A DNA stretch of 64,000 bases from Candidatus Multivoradales bacterium (lineage in GTDB: Bacteria > Acidobacteriota > Thermoanaerobaculia > Multivoradales > J023): NCBI GenBank assembly GCA_965248925.1, contig CBDFLE010000005.1:1472001-1536000 (forward strand), given 5' to 3'. The notes beneath the pieces are model-generated. The model did not search any database. It was not told where the DNA came from and worked only from the letters and a program-made list of their open reading frames with translations. Shown here one piece after another: positions 8,479 through 17,205 of the stretch; positions within the stretch are counted from its first letter, which is position 1; the number at the start of each line of letters is the position of its first letter. The position numbers were made by a program, and so were the translations under genes.

Positions 8479-9135
8479 TCACCTAGCCTTGACTGGCCCG
8501 GCTTTCCTGGTGGTTGGTTTCTTCGCCGCCGCTTTGCTGGCCGGCCGTTTCTTGGCCCCCGTGGCGGCCTTGGACTTGCTGGCTCTGCTGGCCGCTGGCG
8601 GTGGCTTGGCGGCGGCGGCGCCACCCTGGGTCGCCACGGCCTTCTTGCTAGCGGTCTTGGTCGCTGTCGCGGACCTTCTGACGGCCGGCTTCTTCGCCGC
8701 CGACCGCCGCCGCGGTTTGCTCGCCGGTGCCGCATCGAGGTCGGCCAGTGTGCCTTCGAGTTCCGACAAACGATCTCGCAGGCGGGCCATCTCCTGCCGC
8801 GCGCGGCGCACCGGGCCGAGGCGATCGATCGAGCTCTGCACCCAACGGTCGACCTTGGTCTGCACCTGCTCGACCCCCGTCGTCAGCGCCTTCTCACCTG
8901 CCCGAACCAACTCATGCAGCAGTTCGCTGGGCAAGAAAGAAGTGCCGCGCTTGCCTTCGTCGAGGATGATCTGGGTGAGGATCTGGGAAGAGACATCCTC
9001 CCCCGAAGCGTTGTCCACCACCCGCACTTCCTGGCCGTCTCGAACCCACTGGGAGATGTCTTCCAGCGACACGTATCGACTCTCTTCCGTATCGTAGAGC
9101 TTGCGGCTCTCGTAGCGTTTGATGACGCGAATCAT
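8479..9135 (-). CDS. PhaR-like polyhydroxyalkanoate synthesis regulator (DNA-binding N-domain) with Ala/Lys-rich histone-like tail
   Basis: MIRVIKRYESRKLYDTEESRYVSLEDI...VVDNASGEDVSSQILTQII matches the PhaR N-terminal pattern; AGGAGG RBS before ATG 9135; AK-rich C-terminus. Confidence 0.85.
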   Translation of the reverse strand: MIRVIKRYESRKLYDTEESRYVSLEDISQWVRDGQEVRVVDNASGEDVSSQILTQIILDEGKRGTSFLPSELLHELVRAGEKALTTGVEQVQTKVDRWVQSSIDRLGPVRRARQEMARLRDRLSELEGTLADLDAAPASKPRRRSAAKKPAVRRSATATKTASKKAVATQGGAAAAKPPPAASRASKSKAATGAKKRPASKAAAKKPTTRKAGPVKAR

Positions 9136-9184
9136 GGATCCTCCTGGGGGCCTCGTGAGCCTCGATGAAGCTCTGGTGAAGCTA

Positions 9185-9240
9185 TGCCGTGGCGCGGCAA
9201 TGGCTAGCGAAAAGTACCGCGCTGCGGCAAGTGTTGTCAA
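9185..9240 (-). promoter_or_regulatory. Sigma70-like promoter of the phaR-like gene with two quasi-palindromic boxes
   Basis: Minus strand TTGACA (9240-9235), 18 nt, TACTTT (9216-9211). Boxes tgccgtggcgcggca (9185-9199) and taccgcgctgcggca (9215-9229). Confidence 0.55.
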
Positions 9241-9264
9241 GCCAGGGAAACATAGAGCAGGGGC

Positions 9265-10356
9265 CTAGCGAACAGCGGCGGCGAGCCGCTCCTGGAACCC
9301 TCTGCCCATCGCCTCCAAGCTCTCCAGGTCGTTGGGGGGTTGACCCTCCAGAGGCTGCTCCACCACCTGCTGAGCGGCCGGTAACAGCTGCCGTAACTCG
9401 TCGAGGCCGCGACGATGGCGTTCTCCAAGCCAGCGAAATAACCGCCGACCCTCGCTGAGTTCACCCCCATCATCGCCAGCTGCAACATCGAGCTGTGGAT
9501 GCACCCGGTTGACCACCAGCGGCCCGAGACGCAGACCAGCTTCTTGCAGACGACGGGCAAAGAACAGGGTGTCGGGAATGCGCTCGCTGCCGGGACCGGC
9601 GACCAGCACAAACTCGGTACGCTGCGAGGCGAGCAGCTTCTCAACCGCCGCCGCGCGCTCACCAAAACCGGCGAAGAGGGGGCCGAAGGCGCGGAAGAAC
9701 TCGGACATATCCCGCAACAGCTTAAGCCCGACAATGCGATCCAGAAAGCTCTCCACTCCACGTCCCAACCCACCCATCCGCCGCACCGGCTTAAGCTTGC
9801 CCTCGGCATCGAACCAACTGCGCAAGGCGATGCGCAAAGCTCCTGAATCGAGGAATTTGACAATCCGCGCCGGGGCTTCGAGAAAATCGATCGCTTGGCG
9901 GGCGGGTGGGGTGTCGAGAATTACCCGGTCATAACACCCCAGGCGAGCCACCTCATAGAGTCGCTCGACCGCCATGTATTCGAGAATCCCACCCAGGTGA
10001 CCAGCCAGATGATCGTAATAAGGGTTGTTCAGAATGCGGTCGCGAGCCGTCTCATCCGGGGCGTAACGCTCGATCAGCCGGTCGAAGGTCTGGCGCGCAT
10101 CGAGCAGGCTGGCATAGAGCGGCGCCGGCGTGTCGATCGCCACCAGGCTCTCCTCCTCAGTCCCCCCCGAGGTCACTCCGAGAGCGTCCTTAAGACGCAG
10201 AGAGGGATCGAAGGTCATCACCAAGGTGCGCTCGCCGGCACGGGCCGAGACTAAGCCCATCGCCGCCGCCAGGGTGGTCTTGCCCACCCCGCCCGATCCC
10301 ACCACCACCACTAGCGGTGGCAATTCGGCGATCGAATGCCGCGACATCGCCGTCAT
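9265..10356 (-). CDS. ArsA/Get3-like ATPase (Rv3680/BagB-like subunit)
   Basis: GSGGVGKTT P-loop, DPSLRLKDAL, ILDTPP, VVNRV. ATG 10356 overlaps the upstream stop (ATGA). Confidence 0.85.
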   Translation of the reverse strand: MTAMSRHSIAELPPLVVVVGSGGVGKTTLAAAMGLVSARAGERTLVMTFDPSLRLKDALGVTSGGTEEESLVAIDTPAPLYASLLDARQTFDRLIERYAPDETARDRILNNPYYDHLAGHLGGILEYMAVERLYEVARLGCYDRVILDTPPARQAIDFLEAPARIVKFLDSGALRIALRSWFDAEGKLKPVRRMGGLGRGVESFLDRIVGLKLLRDMSEFFRAFGPLFAGFGERAAAVEKLLASQRTEFVLVAGPGSERIPDTLFFARRLQEAGLRLGPLVVNRVHPQLDVAAGDDGGELSEGRRLFRWLGERHRRGLDELRQLLPAAQQVVEQPLEGQPPNDLESLEAMGRGFQERLAAAVR

Positions 10357-11243
10357 CTGCTCTCCAAAACTTCGCTCGCTCCAGCCACCAGCCGGCGGCT
10401 CAGCTGAGCCACTAGCTCGGTGCCCCGGTCCACCGCCAGCAAGGGCAACTCGATGCGCGGGCCAGGCCAACCGGTGGCCAAGCGCTCAAGCTGTCGTTCG
10501 TTGACCTGCCGGCGGCGGCGCCACAGCCGCGCCAGCTCATCTTCTCGGTCGGCTTCCTCTGCCGGTAGGGGAGGATAGAGGCCATTGACCACCAGCAGAT
10601 CGGGTGCTCGCCCAAGTTCCTCCTCCAGCGAGCACCGCAGCTCAAGCGCCTCCTGCACCGGCATCTCCTCGGCCAAAGTCACCACCACGACGCCGCAGCG
10701 GTCGCCGTCGGCGACGAAATCAGCCGCCCGGCGAGCAATCTCGGCCACCGGCCCTTCGCCGATCGTCTGCTGGAACAGCCGCGCCGCCTTCAGTAGGTAG
10801 ATTCCGTGACCGGTCGCCGGAGCGTCGAGCACCACGGTGTCGAAAGCTGGGGTCTTGGGCACCTCGCCCTCGACCAAGCGCAGCGCATGACCGATGATCG
10901 ACATCTCCGCTAGCCCCGGCGCCCCCTCGGCAAACCGCTGGTAGATCGCGCTCTGTTTGATCCGCGACACCAAAAAACCGATCTTCACTTGCTGTTCGAC
11001 CAGCCAATCCAACACCTCAAGAGGCTTTAGATTCTGCAGATACAAGGAACCCTCGACCGGTATCACCTCCCCACCGGAAGGCGGCACATCGAGCAGCTGG
11101 TGGAGGTTCTCCCGCGGATCTATCTCCAGCGCCAGCACCCGCTGTCCGGCCGCGGCTAGCGCGCGCCCGAGGGTAGCGGTCAGCGCACTCTTGCCCACTC
11201 CACCTTTGCCGGTTACCAACAGCAGCTGTTTGTCGACTAACAA
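10353..11243 (-). CDS. ArsA/Get3-like ATPase (Rv3679/BagA-like subunit)
   Basis: GKGGVGKS P-loop, APGLAE, VVLDAPATGH, VTLAEEMPVQE. Confidence 0.85.
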   Translation of the reverse strand: MLVDKQLLLVTGKGGVGKSALTATLGRALAAAGQRVLALEIDPRENLHQLLDVPPSGGEVIPVEGSLYLQNLKPLEVLDWLVEQQVKIGFLVSRIKQSAIYQRFAEGAPGLAEMSIIGHALRLVEGEVPKTPAFDTVVLDAPATGHGIYLLKAARLFQQTIGEGPVAEIARRAADFVADGDRCGVVVVTLAEEMPVQEALELRCSLEEELGRAPDLLVVNGLYPPLPAEEADREDELARLWRRRRQVNERQLERLATGWPGPRIELPLLAVDRGTELVAQLSRRLVAGASEVLESR

Positions 11244-11289
11244 CGCTCGCGACCTCTAGATTGCACCGACTTCTCCCGCTCGAACCGGC

Positions 11290-11916
11290 TCAGCCGATCA
11301 CCGCCAAACGGTGGCTGCCGTCCAAGATCAACAGTCCACCGAGGACCATCAGCAGCAGACTACAGACCATCAATACCCGCCGGTAGCCGGAGCCCTGCAA
11401 CAAACGCCGACGGCCGCCCGCCACCAATGCCGCCACGGCGATCTTGGTCGCCAGCAGCGCGACATAGAATGCAGTGAGGAAAGCCACCCCGCGAGGCGGC
11501 GAATCGCGCCACAATCCCACCACCTGCGGCGCGCCGACGCTGAGCCAGAAAATCCACGGATGGGGACTGAGCACATTGACCAACGCTCCCCGCCAGAGGT
11601 CGGCCGAGGACTTTGTCGGTCCGGTATCCACCACCACTTGCGGCTGCCGCGCACGACGCAGGGTACTAATCCCCAAGAGAACTACGAAACCCCCACCCAC
11701 CCATCCCAAGCCACCGAGGAAGGTCTCCGGCAGACGGCTGAGCAAGAAGATCGAGACGACGATAATCGGCAGATCGGTCAGCAGCGGTGCCACCGCCACC
11801 CGAGCACCGGCGGCGAAACCGCGCTCGAGGGTAGCGCAGAGCACCAAGGCCATCAGCGGCCCAGGGCTGAATCCGGCGGCCAACCCGAGACCGAGGCCAA
11901 AAAACAGAGAATCCAT
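11290..11916 (-). CDS. LysE family translocator
   Basis: SPGP motif, GALVNVLSPHPWIFW, about six TM segments; start ATG 11916. Confidence 0.88.
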   Translation of the reverse strand: MDSLFFGLGLGLAAGFSPGPLMALVLCATLERGFAAGARVAVAPLLTDLPIIVVSIFLLSRLPETFLGGLGWVGGGFVVLLGISTLRRARQPQVVVDTGPTKSSADLWRGALVNVLSPHPWIFWLSVGAPQVVGLWRDSPPRGVAFLTAFYVALLATKIAVAALVAGGRRRLLQGSGYRRVLMVCSLLLMVLGGLLILDGSHRLAVIG

Positions 11917-12223
11917 GGACGGTTGCCTCAGCAAGCCGTGGCCATGGCGCAGCAGCTGAATGCACGCCTGTGGCCAAGTCGACGATATCCTCTAACGAAT
12001 AGGTCTTCGACCCCCTGATCATGTTGCCAAACACGAAATAATCTCGCCGCATCGCGACGAAAGAAGGCGGAGCGTACCACAGCGTCCATTCCAGCCAGCC
12101 CCGCGGCACTTAGACCAAAGGGCGAGTGTGGTACAACACACGCGCCAGGGGCCGTGGCGTGGATTGCCGTGCGACGTCCCGCGCCCCACAGAGGACAGCC
12201 CTACCGAGAAGGACACTAGCCAG

Positions 12224-13504
12224 ATGGACTCATTCGAACGAGCTTGCAAGGTACTGCCAGGAGGAGTCAACTCACCGGTTCGCGCCTTCCATGGAGTCGG
12301 CGGCAAGCCGATTTTTGTCCGTTCCGCCGACGGCCCCTACCTGATCGCCGAGGATGGCCGGCGCTATATCGACTACATCTGCTCCTACGGCCCGCTGATC
12401 TTCGGCCATCGGCCAGCGCAAGTCGATCAGGCGATCACCGCCGCCCTCGAGCGCGGCACCACGTTTGGCGCGCCGACGGTGGCCGAGATCGAACTCGCCG
12501 AGCTGATCTGCTCGGCCTTCCCGGCGATGGACATGGTGCGGCTGGTCAACTCCGGCACCGAAGCCACCATGTCCGCTTTGCGCCTTGCCCGCGCCGCCAC
12601 CGGGCGCCACAAGCTGATCAAGTTCATCGGCTGCTACCACGGCCACGCCGACCCCTACTTGGTCGCTGCCGGCAGTGGCGCCGCGACCCTCGGCGTCCCC
12701 TCTTCTCCGGGAGTGCCGCCAGCGGTCACCGCCGACACCCTGGTGGCGCCCTATAACGACCTGGCCAGCGTCGAGCGCCTGTTCGCCCAATATCGGGGCG
12801 AGATCGCGGCGGTGATCGTCGAACCGGTGGCCGGCAACATGGGCCTGGTACCGCCGGTGGCTGGTTTCCTGGAAGGCCTTCGAGAGTGCACCCGCGAAGA
12901 CGGAGCGCTGCTGATTTTCGACGAGGTAATGACCGGCTTCCGGGTCGCTTGGGGGGGAGTCCAAGTGACCCAGGAGATCGAGCCCGACTTGACCACCTTG
13001 GGCAAGGTCATTGGCGGCGGTCTGCCGACCGGCGCTTACGGCGGCCGCCGCCAGCTGATGCAGCAGATCGCCCCCGCCGGTCCGGTGTACCAAGCCGGCA
13101 CTCTGTCGGGCAATCCGCTAGCGGTGGCGGCCGGTAAAGCGGCCCTCAGCCTGTTGGCGGCCGACGACGGGGCAGTCTACCGACGCCTAGACGAGCTCGC
13201 TGGTGAACTCGAGACCGGTCTGCGCCGCGCCGCCGAGCGCCACGCCATCCCCGTACAACTGGCACGCCGGGGATCGATGTTGGGGTTGTTTTTCACCGAC
13301 CCTCCGGTACGCCGGCTAGAAGATGTCGACAACTCGGACCATGCACGCTTCAAACGCGTCTTCCACCGCCTGCTCGCCGCTGGCGTTCATCTGCCGCCTT
13401 CGCCCTACGAAGCCTGGTTCGTGTCGTTGGCCCACGGCCCACAGATCATCGCCGCCACCCTCTCAGCGTTTGACCAAGCGCTGGCCGCCGAAGTGGGCAG
13501 CTGA
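12224..13504 (+). CDS. hemL: Glutamate-1-semialdehyde 2,1-aminomutase
   Basis: PGGVNSPVRAF, NSGTEATM, GCYHGH, FDEVMTGFR, PLP lysine in TLGKVIGGGLP, YQAGTLSGNP; AAGGA RBS before ATG 12224. Confidence 0.96.
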   Translation: MDSFERACKVLPGGVNSPVRAFHGVGGKPIFVRSADGPYLIAEDGRRYIDYICSYGPLIFGHRPAQVDQAITAALERGTTFGAPTVAEIELAELICSAFPAMDMVRLVNSGTEATMSALRLARAATGRHKLIKFIGCYHGHADPYLVAAGSGAATLGVPSSPGVPPAVTADTLVAPYNDLASVERLFAQYRGEIAAVIVEPVAGNMGLVPPVAGFLEGLRECTREDGALLIFDEVMTGFRVAWGGVQVTQEIEPDLTTLGKVIGGGLPTGAYGGRRQLMQQIAPAGPVYQAGTLSGNPLAVAAGKAALSLLAADDGAVYRRLDELAGELETGLRRAAERHAIPVQLARRGSMLGLFFTDPPVRRLEDVDNSDHARFKRVFHRLLAAGVHLPPSPYEAWFVSLAHGPQIIAATLSAFDQALAAEVGS

Positions 13505-13533
13505 GCGGAATTAACACGAGAGGCTCCGGCACT

Positions 13534-14637
13534 ATGGCTCGACCCAGCTCTGACATTCTCGTACTCGGCGGTGGCATTATCGGCTTGGCGATTGCCTACG
13601 AACTGGCCCACCGCGGCCTCAAGGTAGGGTTGATCGATCGCGGCCAGATCGGCAGTGGCGCCTCCGGCAGCGCCGCCGGCATGCTCGCCCCACTCGGCGA
13701 AACGCCCCAAGAGGGTCCCCTCCTCGACGCCTGTCGCCACTCCCGCGATCTGTGGCCGAGCTGGGCCGAGATGCTCGAGGCCGAGACTTCCTGTACGGTC
13801 GACTACGACCGCTCGGGAGCGGTGCTGCCGCAGCTCGGGCCCAGCGATCATCTGGCGGCGGTGGCAGCGGCGGCCGAACAGTACGGCGAGCCCTGCCAGC
13901 CCTTGACCCAACAAGAATTGCGGCGGCTGATGCCCGACATTGCACCGCACGTCGAGCGCGCCCTGTTGCTGCCCGGAGAACACCGCATCGACAACCGCCT
14001 GGCTTGTTCCGCCCTAGCCGCAGTCGCCCACCGCCGCGGGGTGCAGATCCATGAAGGCTGCGAGGTCCAACAAGTTCGTCTGGCGCCAGACAGTGTCGAA
14101 GTGATCGGTGGCGGATTCCGTTTCCACGCTGCCCAGCTAGTGCTGGCAGCGGGCGCCTGGAGCGGCTCGATCGACGGCCTCCCGCGCTTGCCAGTGCGGC
14201 CCGTGCGGGGTCAGATGTTCGAACTCGAAGGGGTCGACTGGCCTTGGCGCGGCAGCGTTCGCACTCCCCACCACTACGTCGTGCGACGCCGTGGCGGTCG
14301 CCTGCTGGTCGGCGCCACGGTCGAGCACCTCGGTTTTCAAAACCGGGTCACCCCCGCCGGCCTGGGTTCTTTGATTGCCTTCCTCCGAGTGCTATTCCCC
14401 GGCCTGTCGGGCAAGCAGTTGAGCGACTGCTGGGCCGGCCTTCGTCCGGGTACCGACGACGGATTGCCGATTCTTGGCCGTTGGGCCGACAGTCCGCTGT
14501 GGATTGCCAGCGGCCACTATCGCAACGGCATCCTGCTAGCCCCTTGGACCGCGGTACGCCTCGCCGAGCTGCTGCTCGACGGCGCCGACCCCAGTTCGAC
14601 CCGAGCCTTCTCGCCGCACCGATTCGAAGGCCCCTGA
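13534..14637 (+). CDS. thiO: Glycine oxidase ThiO / D-amino acid oxidase family
   Basis: GGGIIG FAD motif, ASGSAAGMLAP, PVRGQ, WAGLRP, GHYRNGILLAP. Confidence 0.82.
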   Translation: MARPSSDILVLGGGIIGLAIAYELAHRGLKVGLIDRGQIGSGASGSAAGMLAPLGETPQEGPLLDACRHSRDLWPSWAEMLEAETSCTVDYDRSGAVLPQLGPSDHLAAVAAAAEQYGEPCQPLTQQELRRLMPDIAPHVERALLLPGEHRIDNRLACSALAAVAHRRGVQIHEGCEVQQVRLAPDSVEVIGGGFRFHAAQLVLAAGAWSGSIDGLPRLPVRPVRGQMFELEGVDWPWRGSVRTPHHYVVRRRGGRLLVGATVEHLGFQNRVTPAGLGSLIAFLRVLFPGLSGKQLSDCWAGLRPGTDDGLPILGRWADSPLWIASGHYRNGILLAPWTAVRLAELLLDGADPSSTRAFSPHRFEGP

Positions 14638-14770
14638 GTCGGGGAACAACCGGCGGCAAATACTCCCCTGCGACACTGGAGACGCGACGCCAGAGATGCG
14701 GCGCCGAAGATGTATACTCACTCCCGGCAAGTGAGCCTCGCAACAGCCTTACCAATTTGGAGATCCGTGG

Positions 14771-15031
14771 ATGACCCACATCATCGCTGAGCCTTGTATC
14801 GGAGTCAAAGACACCGCCTGCGTCGACGTCTGTCCGGTGGACTGCATCTACGGCATGGACGATGACGACTGCAAGCAGCTCTTTATCCAGCCCGAAGAAT
14901 GCATCGACTGCGGCCTATGCGTCGACGCCTGTCCGGTAGAAGCGATCTTCCCGGAAGAAGAAACGCCCGAGAAGTGGCTCCCCTATTTGAAGGAGAACTA
15001 CACCCACTTCGATCTCGAACCGCCGGATTGA
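14771..15031 (+). CDS. 7Fe ([3Fe-4S]/[4Fe-4S]) ferredoxin, FdxA type
   Basis: MTHIIAEPCIGVKDTACVDVCPVDCI...CIDCGLCVDACPVEAI. Confidence 0.93.
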   Translation: MTHIIAEPCIGVKDTACVDVCPVDCIYGMDDDDCKQLFIQPEECIDCGLCVDACPVEAIFPEEETPEKWLPYLKENYTHFDLEPPD

Positions 15032-15060
15032 CCCTCGCCCCAGTAGGCTGCCGCGGTCGG

Positions 15061-17037
15061 CTATGGAGTCGGCAAACGGCAACCGGGCGCGAAGAGCGCG
15101 GCCGAAGTGCTCGGCAGACCGCTGGCGGCAACCTGCCGAGCCTCTGCTAACCTCTGTGGATCCAACTCAATGGCGGCCAGTTCCGCCGGCCAAGGTCGGC
15201 GCCTGAAAAGGTGCAGCGACAGCGCTTCGGCACCCTCCCCATCCATGGCGAGAGCCAAACGCGGCGCCTCGTCAACCGCGCCGCTCGGCGACAACTCGAT
15301 CAGCCGCAGCCACGATTCGTAGAGCGCCCAGCGCCAACCCTGCTCGATCCCTTGCTCGCCAGCCAGTCGGTCGACAGCGCGACCCACCAGCCCCTCCAGA
15401 TCTTGCCACTCACGGGCCGCCCGCAGATCCGGACTGGCCAGTAAGGCCCGCGCCGCCCTTTCCACCGCCAACGGATGGTGCGGATCGACGGCCGCCAGCC
15501 GAAACGGTGCGACCGCCCCCAACGGGGCCAAATCGCAAGCCCGCTCCCAGGCCGCCAAAGCGCGGCGAGAATCGACCGGAGCGGCCAACCGCCCAGCCGT
15601 CAACCACAACGCCGCCACTCCAGAAGCGCGCCCGGCGGCGGCCAAGGCCAGGCGGGCGGCCCGCCGCCGCGGTTCTAGTTCCAGTGCCAAACGAAAGCCG
15701 TAGAGGGGCATCGCCGCATCGAGTTCATAGGCCCGTTCGAGAGCCACCAGCCGGGCGGCTGGCTGCGGACTGAGGACCGCGCGATCGTAAGCCAGATGTG
15801 CCAACTCGTAGGGCCGCAGCAATGCCGTCACCAACAGCACGTAGATCAACCCCAGCCAGACGGGAGCGCCGGCGGCGTTGCTTCTCGCCGCCGGCGCGGT
15901 GGCCGCCAGTGCCGCCGCCACCAGCACCATGCCCACCGCGACCAAGGCAGTGACGCTCAACGGCAGCCCGCCGAGACCAGCGACCCACAAGGCGAGCAGC
16001 CCCAGCAAGGCGCCCGCCAACAGAGCCGGATCACGGTCTGGGGCCAACTTCCGCCGCACGACGAATACCACCGCCGCGGCGCCCGCCAATACCACTGCCG
16101 GTAGTCCAAGTTCGTAGAGCAGAGTCAGCGGTAGCGAGTGAAGATCCGCCACCGCCTGATCAGCAGGATGGACTCCGGGAATCGGCCGCAGGTGCAGCGC
16201 CACCGTCCAACCCGCCGATCCTGGTCCCCAGCCCAGCCAGGGCCGTTGCAGAAACCCTTGCCAACCAGCAAGAAGGTAGGCCCGACGAGCCGCCAACGAG
16301 ATATCAGCCCCAGCCCACAACGCCGCCAAGCGGGTCAGTTGCGGCAACAGCAACAGCAAGGCGGCCGTCACCCACCAGGCGGTGCGCCGTCCCGAACGCA
16401 GCGCCCAGCCCACCGCCATCACCGCCAGCAATGCCGCCGCGCCACTCAACGAGCGGCTGGCCACCAGGGTCAGAGTAGCCGCCAGACATGCGCTCGCCGC
16501 CAACCAGCGCCAGGCACCAGACTCGCGCCAGCCCACCGCCACCAGGGGCAGCAGACCCACTAACCACGCGGCCAGTAGATTGTGATGGCCAAGCGGCAGA
16601 GCCGGCCGAGCGGTGGCTTGCTGCCACCAGCCGCTCCACGCCACTACCACGACCCCCAGAACCACCAAGGCCAGAGCCCGCAACCCCCAACGCTGCGCCG
16701 CCACCGAGCGCCAACTGCGCGCCAATGCCGCCGCCCCGAACACCACCGCCGGTGACAGCAGCAAAGCAAGGGTACCGGCACGGTGCACCGGCGAACGCCA
16801 CCAAGAAAACGCCGCCAGCAGCCACAGCAACCAGGGCAAGCAGCGCCAGCCGCGGCCCAGCGCCAACGGATCGCGCCAGCAAGAGGCACCGAAAAGCGCT
16901 AGAAGCAACAGCAGCAGGTGGCCAAAGATCACCGCTTCAGCCGACAACGGTGCTTGAAAATTGCCGCAAGCCAGGGCGAAAATTGCAATCACGGCCGCCG
17001 GCAGCGAAGCGGCCAAGGTGCCGCGAAGACCTTCCAT
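15061..17037 (-). CDS. O-antigen ligase (Wzy_C) family membrane protein with C-terminal helical region
   Basis: Multi-TM; GHHNLLA, ASRS, RPWLGWGPG, LHSLPLTLLYELG motifs. Confidence 0.75.
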   Translation of the reverse strand: MEGLRGTLAASLPAAVIAIFALACGNFQAPLSAEAVIFGHLLLLLLALFGASCWRDPLALGRGWRCLPWLLWLLAAFSWWRSPVHRAGTLALLLSPAVVFGAAALARSWRSVAAQRWGLRALALVVLGVVVVAWSGWWQQATARPALPLGHHNLLAAWLVGLLPLVAVGWRESGAWRWLAASACLAATLTLVASRSLSGAAALLAVMAVGWALRSGRRTAWWVTAALLLLLPQLTRLAALWAGADISLAARRAYLLAGWQGFLQRPWLGWGPGSAGWTVALHLRPIPGVHPADQAVADLHSLPLTLLYELGLPAVVLAGAAAVVFVVRRKLAPDRDPALLAGALLGLLALWVAGLGGLPLSVTALVAVGMVLVAAALAATAPAARSNAAGAPVWLGLIYVLLVTALLRPYELAHLAYDRAVLSPQPAARLVALERAYELDAAMPLYGFRLALELEPRRRAARLALAAAGRASGVAALWLTAGRLAAPVDSRRALAAWERACDLAPLGAVAPFRLAAVDPHHPLAVERAARALLASPDLRAAREWQDLEGLVGRAVDRLAGEQGIEQGWRWALYESWLRLIELSPSGAVDEAPRLALAMDGEGAEALSLHLFRRRPWPAELAAIELDPQRLAEARQVAASGLPSTSAALFAPGCRLPTP

Positions 17038-17205
17038 AAATACATTCTAATATCGACCCGGGCGGGTTCCACACCGAAGGTGAGGATGGGTTATCCTTTG
17101 AGCCGACGGAAACAGCCACGGGGCAACCCCACAGACCGCCGTCAACCGATTCAATCCCGATTCCGGCGCCTTAGGCCGTCGCAGGCTCTAAAGGAGAGCA
17201 TAAGT

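Noticed and set aside
9265-11243. Arsenic resistance (arsA)
   Set aside because: Split single-domain pair without arsB, acr3, arsC, arsR or arsD; motifs fit the Rv3679/Rv3680-like group.
11917-12223. ncRNA, riboswitch or small gene in the lysE-hemL intergenic region
   Set aside because: No recognisable RNA motif; overlapping ORFs have no family features.
16918-17205. Long N-terminal extensions given by the ORF track (ALDH7 here; also hemL, menF, menH, menE, phaR)
   Set aside because: They overlap neighbouring genes or promoters; downstream starts have an RBS or a stop/start overlap and match family lengths.
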